From NCBI RefSeq assembly GCF_009834535.1, contig NC_045696.1, positions 63,614,001-63,678,000 of the forward strand: a DNA stretch of 64,000 bases, written 5' to 3'. Every line of letters starts with the position of its first letter. Position 1 is the first letter of the stretch. Below the pieces are notes generated by a model that was given only the letters and a program-made list of their open reading frames with translations, was not told where the DNA came from and searched no databases. Origin of the DNA: Camelus ferus (taxonomy: Eukaryota). Shown here in pieces: positions 13,213 to 24,575 of this stretch. Position numbers and translations under genes: made by a program.

Positions 13213-13999
13213 CTGGGTTGCACCGCGTTTCAACAAGCAGAACGGCCACAGAAGACATCCTTTGGCTCTTGGTGACCACAATCCACAGCATTGAAGTTGC
13301 ATACAGAATTGTTTCCAAAGCAAAGAGATCAAAAAGAATGCTTTTTATTCTGGTTAACCTCTGTCCTTAGAGCCTGCAAAGAACTTCCGGTGCAGCGACT
13401 TGGGACTGTCCAGAGGGTGATTCTGTCAGAAGGGATTGGAAACTTGTTCTGAATATGTGCAGAAGTTTCCTGAGTCCCATTTAAGTCCAGCCGTGCTAAG
13501 CCTGAGACAGGCGTCATCACTCCCAAGCTTCCCAGGACCCCTTGGCTGTGCACACAAAGAGAACCCGGCTTTTCTTGTTTGGGCCTTTGCTCCTTCCTAT
13601 TTGATTGAATTTGAAGAGGAACTGTTTGCCTTTGGCCGCACATCCTGAATCATAATCAGGATGCTGCTGGCACAGAAAACCTGCTCCCACCCTTGCCTGA
13701 AATAACTGAACGGGGAAGTAGAGTTCCTCTCCTCCCCAACCTTAAAGAAAGAGGCTCATAATTTATGGCGTGCTGGCAATACATCAAAAGTCCATTCAGT
13801 CACTTACAGTAAAATCAAGGAGGGCAGAACAATGAATATAAAGTGAGATTAAAACACCTCTTTAAAGGAACGCACTGTTCAGTGGACACCAGAATAACGA
13901 TGCTTCCGTCTTTGTTAGCCAGAGTCCAGTGGCCTTCAGAGATGCTTCCTTGTCTGTAGGATATGAAAAAGGTATAAAGCCACACCCTCAGCTTTTGCA

Positions 14000-14700
14000 A
14001 TTCTTCAACAAATGTGCTTTATGCAAACTATGTCAAGGACGGTGTTCCTAGGGTATACGAGTTCCCTAGGGCTGCTGTAACAAATTACTATAAACTTGGA
14101 GGCTTAAAACAACAGGAATTTCTTCCCTCCTAGTGGTGGAGGCCAAACGTCGGACATCAAGGCATTGTCAGGACCACATTCCCTTCGAAGGCTCTGGAGG
14201 AGAATCTTTCCTTGTGTCTTCCAGCTTCCGGTGGTCCAGGCGTTTCTTGGTCTGTGACCGCATCACTCCAATCTCTGCTTCCTGCTTCCTACGGCTTTCT
14301 CCTTCTTCTGACTGTCTCTCCTGTGTGTTTCTTATCAGGACACTTGTCATTGAATTTAGCTGATCAGTCCTTAGAATAATCCAGGCTGATATCATCTGGA
14401 GATCTTTGATTATCTTTGCAAAACCCCCTTTTTTCCCCCCCAAATAAGGTCGCATTTATAGGTACTGGTGGGGTTAGGATATGGTCATATCTTTTTGGGG
14501 GACCACTATTCAACCCACTATACAGAGGATACACTGTTGAAAAAGACAGGGTTGTTTTTCTCAAGGAGCTCAGTCTAGCGGGGGAGACACTATGAAGTAA
14601 CAATGTCAAAAGAATAACCACAGGCAGAGCTCTGTTGCAAGGGCTGAGGGGATCTTGAAAGAGATTGCACTGGGAGTTGATGTGGAGGTTATAGTAGGGC
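14000..14700 (-). mobile_element. LINE2 3' end split by an MLT1 insertion
   Basis: 'ttcaacaaatgtg...gttcctagg' continues after 14525 as 'gaggatacactg...ctcaaggagctcagtctag'. Confidence 0.7.
14052..14524 (-). mobile_element. MaLR solo LTR (MLT1C/MLT1D-like), full length
   Basis: Begins 'tagggctgctgtaacaaattactataaacttggaggcttaaaacaacag' and ends 'actattcaacccactataca'. Confidence 0.9.
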
Positions 14701-15289
14701 AAGGATGGGTGTGCTTTTTTTTTTTTTTTTTAACTTTTGAACTTTGTAACTTTCTGGCATCTAGAAATCACTATAGAAAGCTATCAGGTTGAAAAAATAA
14801 GTCCAGTTGGAATGGAGAGGATTCATACTAGCCCAGCCAGATCTCTTGGGTCTGGCTGAGTTCAGCTAATCCTGCTAGAGGTCTGGGGGAGTTGGCAGGA
14901 AAATGAGGGGTGGCTGAAGCACATGAATTGGTTGGGAGTTTTGATGGCTACGCTGCTGGGAGGTGAGGAGCCGGACACCATGACATGGGTCATTGGCTTT
15001 CTCTGTGGTGGAGAATGAAAGGAGGAGGGTTTGTGTCTGCCGCCCATCCCCAGGTGAGAGCCCATGGGCCCCTGCGGGTAGGCTGAGGCAGCTGCCCTAC
15101 GGAGGTCTCCTCCTTTGCTCCAAGGCCTTGGGCCTGGTGTCCTGGGGCAGGGCAGACTCCTGCCTCCAGACATGCGAGGGAAAAGACAGAATCCTTGTGC
15201 TCACTTCTCTTTTGGGGACAGTGTTTGTACAGTCTTCCCAGATTATCATCTGCAGGTCTTTACATTCTCCTAGGACTTCACCTTCTTGG

Positions 15290-15607
15290 TGATTGTTTAT
15301 CGTATTAAAAAGTTTCTTGATAATAAATATTATGGAATTACTGCTAATACTCTTGGGTGTAGCATGCTTGTTGTTCTGAAGAAGAACACCTTTACTGTCA
15401 AAGGGCACAGGTGAAGTATTTACGGGGGATGTGTTAATCGTGTTTATAATTTTCAGTGTTTCGGTGAAAAGGTAGGTAAATAGACCTAATATCACAAAAA
15501 TGGTAAGAACCGCTAAGTCTAGGCAGAAGTGATGTGGATGTTCACCGTTCTGTTCTTTCAACTTTTTTCTACATTTGAAATTATTCATAATAAAAATTTG
15601 GGGGGAG
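15290..15607 (+). mobile_element. L1ME 3' end
   Basis: Terminal 'tgttctttcaacttttttctacatttgaaattattcataataaaaatt' is typical of L1ME ends. Confidence 0.7.
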
Positions 15608-15629
15608 ATTGGGAGAAGAAGATTCTTGA

Positions 15630-15840
15630 AGCAGAATTTCTTGACCTATGTTTCATGGGCTCTGGGTGGAGTGGTGAATGGGTGTCAGGGACCAGGAAGC
15701 TTCTAAATTTAATGTGTCAGCCTTTGTGGCGCATGTGTGTGTTTCTATCCTAATTAGGGTGAAAAGTTTATTGTTTGCAACTCTTCTCTGATTCTTGGAT
15801 GGATCTATGACTCCTCTTCCTCAAGATTAGACACCATCGC
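15630..15840. mobile_element. hAT-Charlie relic (MER103-like)
   Basis: 'ctgattcttggatggatctatgac...aagattagacaccatcg' resembles the MER103 end. Confidence 0.45.
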
Positions 15841-17104
15841 TTAAACTTGAGATAAATGCATGGATACAAAGAGCCAAACAGTCTGTTGCTGATGTATCAT
15901 TAATACTTTATTGCAAAAATTGAGTTAGTTTATAAATATAGATTATATACTTTTCTCTATTTTCATTAACTCATTTCTTGAGTTTTCTAATTAGTTCTTT
16001 TCATATTATAGTGGAATTCTTAGACTTTCTCACCAGTTTAAAATACTAATAGCTAATATGAACAAATCTGTTTTCCCTTGCACATGTTTAAAACTGAAAT
16101 ATAATTTTGGTATCTTTCTAGATTATGAAAATAACACAGACTCACTTTATACACTTTGTGAAATAAAGAAATGCATAAAGAAGGAAATAAAACCACCATC
16201 AACCCATGTTCCAGAGGTAACCACTATTACTATTTTGCTGTGTCTTGCTTTTGGTGTGTATGCACCTACGTGTCTGCTATATATATATATATGCAACAAG
16301 ATTGAGTAAGGCTGAACGCACAGGTTTATATTATGCAAAAAAGAACATTTCAAAATTTAATTTTATTGTTTCCCCAATTTTCATAAAGAAACATTCAAGT
16401 AGATTTGTCCAGTCTTCATATTAAATATGGTTGTTCAAATTCATGTTTTTAGGTTTTAGTGAGGACAACTTTCCATTGAAATAGCTTATCTCTTCTTAGT
16501 ACTTAGTACCTTGAGTAATATTATTTATGTTCAGTGCCTAGAGTCATAATTTATTTTTCCCCATTGAGTTGCCCCACTGAGATGGGTAAGAAAAAAAAAT
16601 TTTTAAGTCCATACTGGTTGTTGAGGATGGAACCAAGGCACAGCTAACCCCAAACTGTCAGAAATCTGGGTGGTTGGGGTTGGCGGTGAGGAACTCTGAA
16701 TAACCTCTGATTTGCATGTAGCTTGTTCGTACAGGTTTGATATTTCAGGAAATCAGAAGAGTGAAAAGAAAACACGCTACGGCTGCCTGCGTGAGCCCAC
16801 TCCAGGAGGTTGCCTGACCTTCTGATCCACAGAGATGTCACAGGGGCAGAGGAGAGAAGAGGGGCCTGCAGAGGTTGACAGTGTGACACTTGCCCTCCTC
16901 TGACTTTCAGTGGCACTTGGTGAGGGCCTTAGCACATTTTGCTCTGAATCAGGGCTATTTGTTTACTCACGTTAATGTGTGTAAAGCCCCAACAAAGTGT
17001 CTGGTACTTAATAGATGCAAAACGAATACTAATCCCGCATGTCATATTAGACAGTGGGTTCTTGGGAGGCATTTGTATTGTTCATATTGTGCAGTAAATT
17101 AAAA

Positions 17105-17270
17105 CACGGGGCTTGGATCCAGAAAAACCTGTTCAAGGTCTTGAGTTTGCCTCTTATTAGCACTGACTTTGGGAATCTTGCTTGATGCCTCTGAACCCAT
17201 TTCTCACCTGCCAAATCAGGATGGTAATAGTTCCCATCTCTTTGGGCTATTGACAGGATTAAAGAAAAAC
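17105..17270 (+). mobile_element. MIR SINE
   Basis: 'cctctgaacccatttctcacctgccaaatcaggatggtaatag' and 'gacaggattaaa'. Confidence 0.8.
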
Positions 17271-17284
17271 ATTCCTTTAATAAA

Positions 17285-17532
17285 GGCTAATGTTTATCCA
17301 GGTCTTACTACATTCAGAGCACTGTTTTAAGTGTGCTTTAGGTGTGACCGTCTTATTTAATTTCACATCACTCTGTGAGCTAGGCGCTAACATCCCCATT
17401 TTGCAGGTAAGAAAACTAAGACACAGAGAAGTTGACTAACGTGTCTAGGGTCACACAGCTATAAGATAGGTAAACTGGGATTTGAGCTGAAGAAATTAGT
17501 ACTCTGTCTGGTATCTTTCCATACCACTATGC
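17285..17532 (-). mobile_element. MIR SINE, near full length
   Basis: 'atccccattttgcaggtaagaaaactaagacacagagaagttg' and 'ggtcacacagct...gggatttga'. Confidence 0.9.
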
Positions 17533-17565
17533 GCGACACCTTGCTGTGGTCCATTCCCTCGTTAC

Positions 17566-17585
17566 GTGTGTGTGTGTGTGTGTGT
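17566..17585. repeat. (GT)n microsatellite
   Basis: Seen directly. Confidence 0.95.
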
Positions 17586-20182
17586 AACTCCACGTCTGGG
17601 AAATACTCATTGAAAAGCATCTATGGGAGTGTCTTTCCAGGCTGCTAGTTAGAAGAGCACTAAATGTATTCCTATGCTCAATAAGAAAATGTGCTCAATT
17701 AGAAAATGTGCTCATCAGACACATTGTATGAGCCTGATGTTCAGTCCTTTAAAATAGTGGCTTTAAAACTCACATTGGAATAATCTCATGGGAAAGGTTG
17801 GTCTGGTGAAGATTTCTGCTGTTCCCTGTTCCAATCAGCTGCTGAGTTAGGCTGCTGCCAGACCGATGACTCTTCTCCCATATGCAAGAGGGTGAAGCGT
17901 GAGGGTGTTACCAGGAACGGAGACCTGGAAGAGCTTGCAGGGCTGGGCACCCCGCCGAGTCACACCCAAGTGGTGGGCGCTTGCCAGCTTCGGGGCTAAG
18001 CTATTGCCCCGGAGAGACTGGGCAGGGCGGGCAGCTCTTTGCTTGCTTCTCTTGTCTCCCAGGGCAACAGCCTGGAACTGACTGTGGTCACCCGTGGGAA
18101 TGCTTCTCCTGAGTCAGCGGGGCCTGGGGTGCCCCAGGGTGTGGCTGTGTGTTCTTTTGGGCCCCTGCACAGATGGCTTTTATCTCAAAGGATGTCACTG
18201 CGCCATCACGGGTTGAGGGCTGCAGGACAAAAGTGGCTTGATAGGAGCCACTTTCTAAAAGTGTCCACTTTCAGAACTTTCCACGGGGCTGCTGCTATAG
18301 GCACAGTGCTTCATGTGGGAATGTTTTAAGCCAGTTAGTGCATGCCCATCAGAAAGTGACCAGAGACCTTGACTCTAGAAACAACTCTTTCTCTGATTTG
18401 TGCATTTGAGAAGATCACTGTCTCTCCTCTTGGTTTTATAATTTCCTCATCTGGAAAATTAAAATAACTCCTGCCCTCCCTGTATGACTGGATTATGCTG
18501 AGACCAGATGGGATGATGGATATAAAAGTGGTCACTAAGCGACCGGTGCTGCCAGAAAGCAGGGAGCCATTCCTTTTCCTACAGGTGAATCTTACCGCCC
18601 TGGCTCCTGGTTGTTCTCCCGTTTGAAGTCTCTGACCACGGCCAGCTTGGAGGGCTGGGGGTTGGTTTTCTTAAGAGAGGTGCTGGATTCCTGACCTGAG
18701 ATGCCAGTGAGGATTTCTAGGAGGAAGGATGGTCTCAGGGAGCTGGTGTTGGAAGCTATGGGATCCAAGCACTCCTGTGCTGTCTGGGAGCCTCCGTCTG
18801 TTCCCGGCTTCAGTGGGTTGGGTTCCCACTTTATTAAGGAGGCAATGCAGGTTTTCTTAGTGCCTCTCAGTCTTCCGTGGCACTTTAGGGAACTCTTTTA
18901 TTTTAGGGACACTTATTGGGGTGCTGGGCACCCTCAGAGTGAAGATTTCCTTGGGAGATGACCAGTTGCACTGACAGACAACTGAAGGTGGGGTGGGCCT
19001 GGCAAGGTTAAGTCTCAGCACTTAAGTACCAAAGAGGAGAGGGAGGAAGAGAGGAGGAGGAGAGGGGTAGTGCTAGCCCCATGGCAGCTAGGCTGGCTCT
19101 GATACCCTCACCATAAGTTTTTGGCAGGAACAACACAAACTTGCAGCTACTTTTTTGGGTGGGGGCACCCTCGTTCTTTGTGCATCAAGATGTAGCTGCT
19201 GCCCCGGAACAGTCTCCTGGTGGCTGTACAATGGCAGACACGAGTGAGGCCTGGCCCCCAGGGGGTCTGCACTCTGTTCCAACCAGACCATGTCCTCAGG
19301 ACACTGACCAGGGTAGTGACTCGGAACTCACGTCATAGAAGGTGACGGGATGCTTGGTGTGGTGCATGAGACTTGTCTTCATAAACCTGAAGGAAGGTTC
19401 CTGGGGAAGGGTAGCCAACTCTGTTCACTCCCAACCTTCCTCCTCCTCCTCTCCTCCTCTCGAGGGGAAGAATGTGACTCACTGTAAGAAGGAACTTTCT
19501 GTAAGTCGAGATACCTGGATGTGGTGAAGCAAAAACTGACTGGCCCCATAAAGGGGTCCACATGAAGGGGTTTCAGAGACACAACAAGGTTGACCTTAAT
19601 GGTCTCCCTTCAAGCCCTAAGAAGCTGTGATCTTAAGGACCGAGTTTGCAGACTTATGAACCTGACTGACACCACATTCACTCAACAATGCTCCAGAGCT
19701 TTCTCCATGCTGAGAATATCCTTTAGGACTGCTGTGTTGGACCTTTCAGCAGCGCAGTTAGCCTCTGAGGTGCTGTCAAGTCCCACCGCCCTCTGGTTTT
19801 GCTGGGAGGGGAGGATGACCTGCATTCATCACTCCGCATTCTGACTAGCCCCCCTTTTCATGTTTCCTGCTCCTTCTTTATTCCCAGTTTGTTGCTCTTG
19901 GCACCAGAATTTCTGTGGATTTGTTCATAACAGTTACCCTCTGCCTTGGGAAGCGTGTGGACTGTTTTAGGAATATTTTCACAAAGTCTTGGGCCATATT
20001 TTTATGACTGGAAATTAACCAGAGAAGTGGAAAAATGCCGGCTTGCTTATTCCGCTGCACGTCCTGAGGATGAATGCTTCTCGCCTCCCACTTCTGTTTT
20101 CTAGCTCCTTGGGCCATAGGGTCTTGGCTTGGGCCCATCCCTTCTGACAGGACTTTGAGGTTACTTGAAGCTCTGTGTTTTT

Positions 20183-20900
20183 GTTTTTTTTTAAATAAAG
20201 ATATCTAACATTTATTGAAGTCATATACAGTGAGAGTCACTAACTCTTTTTTTGTATTTTTTTAACTGAAATATAGTTGATTTACAATGTTTCAGATGTA
20301 CAGCAAAGTGATTCAGTTATACATATATATAAGTCTGTTCTTTTTCAGATTCTTTTCTATTATAGGTTATTACAAGATATTGAAAATAGTTCCCTATGCT
20401 ATACAGTAGTCCCCTTGATGGTTATCTATTTTATATGTTAATCCCAAATTCCTAATTTATCCCTCCCCTCCTTTCCCCTTTGGTAACTGTAAGTTTGTTT
20501 TCTATGTCTGTGAGATTATTTCTATTTTTTAGGTAAGTTCATTTGTATCTTTTTTTAGATTCCACATATAAGTGATATCATATGATATGTGTCTTTCTCT
20601 GTCTGACTTTACTTCAGTTAGTATGATAATCTCTAGGTCCATCCATGTTATTGCAAATGGCATTATTTCATTCTTTTTTGTGGCTGAGTAGTATTCCACT
20701 GTATATATGTACCTCATCTTCTTTACTCAGTCATCTGTTGATGGACATTTAGGTTGCTTCCATGTCTTGGCTATTGTAAATAGCACTGCTGTGAACACTG
20801 GGGTACATGTATTTTTTTGAATTAGAGTTTTCTCTGGATATATGCCCAGGAGTGGAATTGCTGAATCATATGGTAAGTCTATTTTTAGTTTTTTAAGGAA
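20183..20900 (-). mobile_element. 5'-truncated cetartiodactyl-type L1 with TSD and 3' extension
   Basis: ORF track gives the ORF2 C-terminus (LPYDSAIPLLGIYP...FTIAKTWKQPKCPS; EYYSATKKNEIMPF...WMDLE). TSD gaagctctgt[g/a]ttttt at 20167-20182 and 20901-20916. Confidence 0.95.
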
Positions 20901-21449
20901 GAAGCTCTGTATTTTTATTGTCAAGTCTTCTGATCCTCTTCTTGCCTCCCAGGTACCGTCTTTCTCCTTGACCTCCTTTTCCCCAGTCCAGTCCTTGCCT
21001 CTTCCCCATGCTTCATATTTCTTCCATCTTAGAAACTCCTTTGAGCTGAAGGTAACTGTCTGCGCCAATGTGTACATCTGCTTCCTGGAAGGACTCACAG
21101 AGATCATGGACTTTGGGTGGGCGTGAGGTGAATTGCTTTTAGTCCCCTTTAAAAGAGCTTTAAATAAAAAATAAAAAGGGCTTTAGCCATTCAGGCTACC
21201 ATTTCTTTTGGGAAATGAGCTGACAGGGTGGTAGTCTCCAGCCAGCATCCTTTTGCTCAGCCATGGTTATGAAGTCCTGGTCCATTTCCAGATTTTAATC
21301 ATTTTGATCATTCTTTTCAGATTCCAGCATAAAGGCATGTTTCTGGTGCCTTTTATTTTTCACATGTAAAATATTAAAGGCTGAGGAAAACTGTTTGAAT
21401 CTTGACTGTAACTCTTCAGAGTTCTGTTTGTTACCCCATGACCCCACAT

Positions 21450-21930
21450 TAAGTGGGCGTTGACTGCAGCAGGTGTTGGGGTCGGCAGCAAGACAAAGGA
21501 ACCGGTGTGACAGCTTCCTGCCCTCAGGCACTCAGAGTCTAGTCACGGAGACTGCCTGAGGGCATGGATGTGGGTGCACCTGGAGTGGGCAAGCTTGAAT
21601 TCTGCCTGACTGGAGGTGGTATAGGGGCAGCGGGGAAGGATGCTCAGCCGAAAAGGTGAAGTCTCAGGTGGGTCTTAAAGCACATGAGGAAAGTTTTGCT
21701 GGGAAGATAAGGATTTTATGGGCAAGGAATGGCATTGGAAAAGCAAAGGATTATGAGAAGAGTGGTATGTTTAGGGATCAGAGAGCAGCGGGTGTAAGTA
21801 GATGCAGGGGAGGCGGGTAGAGGCAGAGGGGAGGGGGCTAGACCAGGGAGTTGCCTTAGAGAGCACTCCTGAAGGGCCTTGGGCACCACGTGAAGAAGGT
21901 GGGACATTGGTGTTGGGGATCATTGATCTC
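21450..21930 (-). mobile_element. LINE2 fragment
   Basis: 'cctgccctcaggcactcagagtctag' followed by a purine-rich antisense L2 body. Confidence 0.6.
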
Positions 21931-22739
21931 TGACCCCCACCCAATCACCATGACCTTCTGTAGGGCTTTCCTGCCCACCAGCTCACTGTGAGATGCTCTG
22001 AAAGGCCTCTGTGAATTTGTGTGTTTCTGGCTACAAAATGAGAGACAAACAGGAGTAGCCGGAGACTGGCCACAAGGAGATGGCCTCAGAGGACTTTGTG
22101 ATAATGCAGGTGAGACCCGTGGAGCGTCCATGAGACAAGCAGCCTCTGCCTCACCAACCGTGTGTCAATACAGCCCACCATGTCCAGTGACAGTGCTTCT
22201 TCTGGTACCCAAGCTGCCTCCAGCTTGCCTCCTAGCCTTGTGGTCACTCGTCACCTCCATTACCAGAACTCATCCTCTTGATTAGAGTGGCCCCTGACTG
22301 GGGCTGTGTCACCCACCCTCTCTCAGGCACTGCCCTCAGGACACACAGGCCAGAGACGTGGCAGGATGGATGAGGTGTAAGCTTCGTGCCCCTGAAGGAG
22401 GGAATGCTCACAGGAAAACAGAGCTTCTCTGTGTTTCAGCTGAGCATGGGTCGGGCTCACCATTTCCTTAATATCCATGCCGGCCTTGTGGGTTGTGGGG
22501 GGGCAGGGCCTGCCGACATTCATGTGAACTCAAAGGCTTCCTGCTCACGGCGTGGGATGGCTTCAGACGTGTTTCTGCAGGCCTTTTGGCTGCACCAGGG
22601 CAGGTTCTTGTATGACCTCACCCAGCTGAACATCTGCCAGAGTCAGCCTCAGGAGCCCCGGAAGCTCCCGGGTACACTGCCAGCTCCCATCGCCCGTCAT
22701 CCCAGCCCTCCCGTCTATACCTTGCCTCCCAAGGTTTAG

Positions 22740-23050
22740 AGCAGTGTCTGTCCGCAGGGCCTCGGTGTGCAGTCCACGGAAGGTCTCACAGTGGTCAAAA
22801 ACCTTTGGGAAAACTCTGGGGTGAACAATGCTAAGTGGTTTAGTTTACTGCAGCCCTTCTCAGGATCTCTAATGTGCTAATACATTTGGTCCTCCGTAAC
22901 CTGTAGATACAGAGGGCAGTGCTGTTTTACACGAGGGACTTGAGCATCTGCAGATTTGGGTATCCACTGGCGTCCTGGAACTAATCTTGTGTGAATTCCA
23001 AGGGACGACTGTATTTATATTGTGAGTTTCCCGGAGTAGGTAGTAAGTGA
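22740..23050. mobile_element. Older hAT-Charlie-like relic hosting a MER2
   Basis: 'tttactgcagcccttctcaggatctctaatgtgctaa' resumes as 'tattgtgagtttcc'; related to 59670-59930 in opposite orientation. Confidence 0.5.
22883..23011 (-). mobile_element. MER2 (TcMar-Tigger) relic, internally deleted
   Basis: 'gggacttgagcatctgcagatttgggtatcc...gtcctggaactaatc...agggacgactg', with TA on both sides (22881-22882, 23012-23013). Confidence 0.85.
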
Positions 23051-24535
23051 ACAGTCTGTTTCCCGCACTTACTTGGCCAAGGCACATCCTCATGCCCAAC
23101 TTCTTGCCAGTGTAGAGGCTTTCCTTCTATGAAAGTGGAGCTCAGCTGGGGCTCAACTTTGGGGAGAAGGTTCTAAGAGCAGCAAAACTTTATCTCCTAG
23201 ATTTTGGAGGGATTCCTAATTAGGGTAGCAACACCCCAGTTCGCCTCAGGCAGTCCGTTTTTCAATGTGTTGTCCCAGTATAGTTCGGATAAGACTCCTG
23301 ATTTTTCCTCTCCACAGTGCCCCGTTTGAAGGGATGAATGACGTGGGCACCCTGGCCTTAGTCCACTGCAGAGCCCAGAGCCCCGCCACTTGCCCTTCTG
23401 GAGCCAAAGGGCAGCTGTTGTTAGACTTACTTCTGCTTCTGCTTATAACACAATCTGATGTCACCCTTTGACTCACAACTCGCTCTCTGACAACCTTTGA
23501 TATTTGTCAGCGGGTCCCGAATTCTTTCCCCTTTATTCAGCCACCATATTCAGCCTGGCGAAATGCCTCACCTTCTCAAAAGTGGTTCTGCAAGGGAGGG
23601 CAATAGAAAATCAGAGCCCCTAAGAAATGCAGATCTTTTGTGCTGGGTGTCCCTTGGCAATGCACGCCTTCAGCCATGGCATTTCTGGGCCACCTCGGCC
23701 GTGAACTTTTGGGCTCTGTGTCTGCTGGTCTGGTGCTGAATTGTTTGTCTGTGTCCTTCTTTCTGCTCCTTCCCTTGTCTCCTTTTTACTCCTGCTACTG
23801 AAACAGCCTCCTTCCTGCTGTCAGATGCTCTGAAGGAAATGGTATTAGAAAACATCAAGAAACTGTCCTCATTTAGGGGATGAGAGAAATAAAAGGGAAA
23901 AGGCCATGCCAACAAGGCCAAGTAGCTCATGAATTTGGGAGGTCACAGAATTTATTGAGAACAACCAAAGAATGAGAAATGTGTGCTTTGTGAATCCAGC
24001 CCTGCCAGCCTCACAGCACCAAAGTGGAGAGTTCCATCACTGTCAGCATCTCCCGTGCCTGTTGCCTCTGTCAGCCTGGGTTCTTGATTCTTTTGAAGGG
24101 GCAATTCATGACCTATAAAATTGGATTTTAACTTTTGTTCATTTCTCTCTTTTTTAACATAATTTTGTGGACAAATTCATTGTCAAACTGTTAAGAATCT
24201 GGCATTCCAAAATTCTTTAGCTGGAGACAAAGTAGAAAGATGAGGATTTATTGAAGAAATGCTTTCCTTTTTATTTGATAAACTGAACAGTGAGAAGCAT
24301 CTTTAATATTTGCAAAAGCCTCAAGAAAATCTCACCAGTTAGAAATACAAAAGGAAACTAGTCATCAAGTATTTGGGGTCTCTTTTTTACTCTGGGATGT
24401 TTTGAAATTTAAAACGCACGTACCTAAGTTTCATCTGGTTGTAAATGTCCCAAGCAATCGGCTTTCTTCATGTATATTTTGTTTAATGTTCTCAAAGATG
24501 TCTGGGACAGACTCTTAAACCCTTGTCTCTTTCTC

Positions 24536-24575
24536 AAAAAAGAAAAGAAAGAAAGAAAGAAAGAAAGAAAGAAAA
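24536..24575. repeat. (GAAA)n microsatellite
   Basis: Seen directly. Confidence 0.95.

Noticed and set aside
20529..21107. ORFs with real protein similarity
   Set aside because: They are the frameshifted C-terminus of L1 ORF2p, not a host gene.
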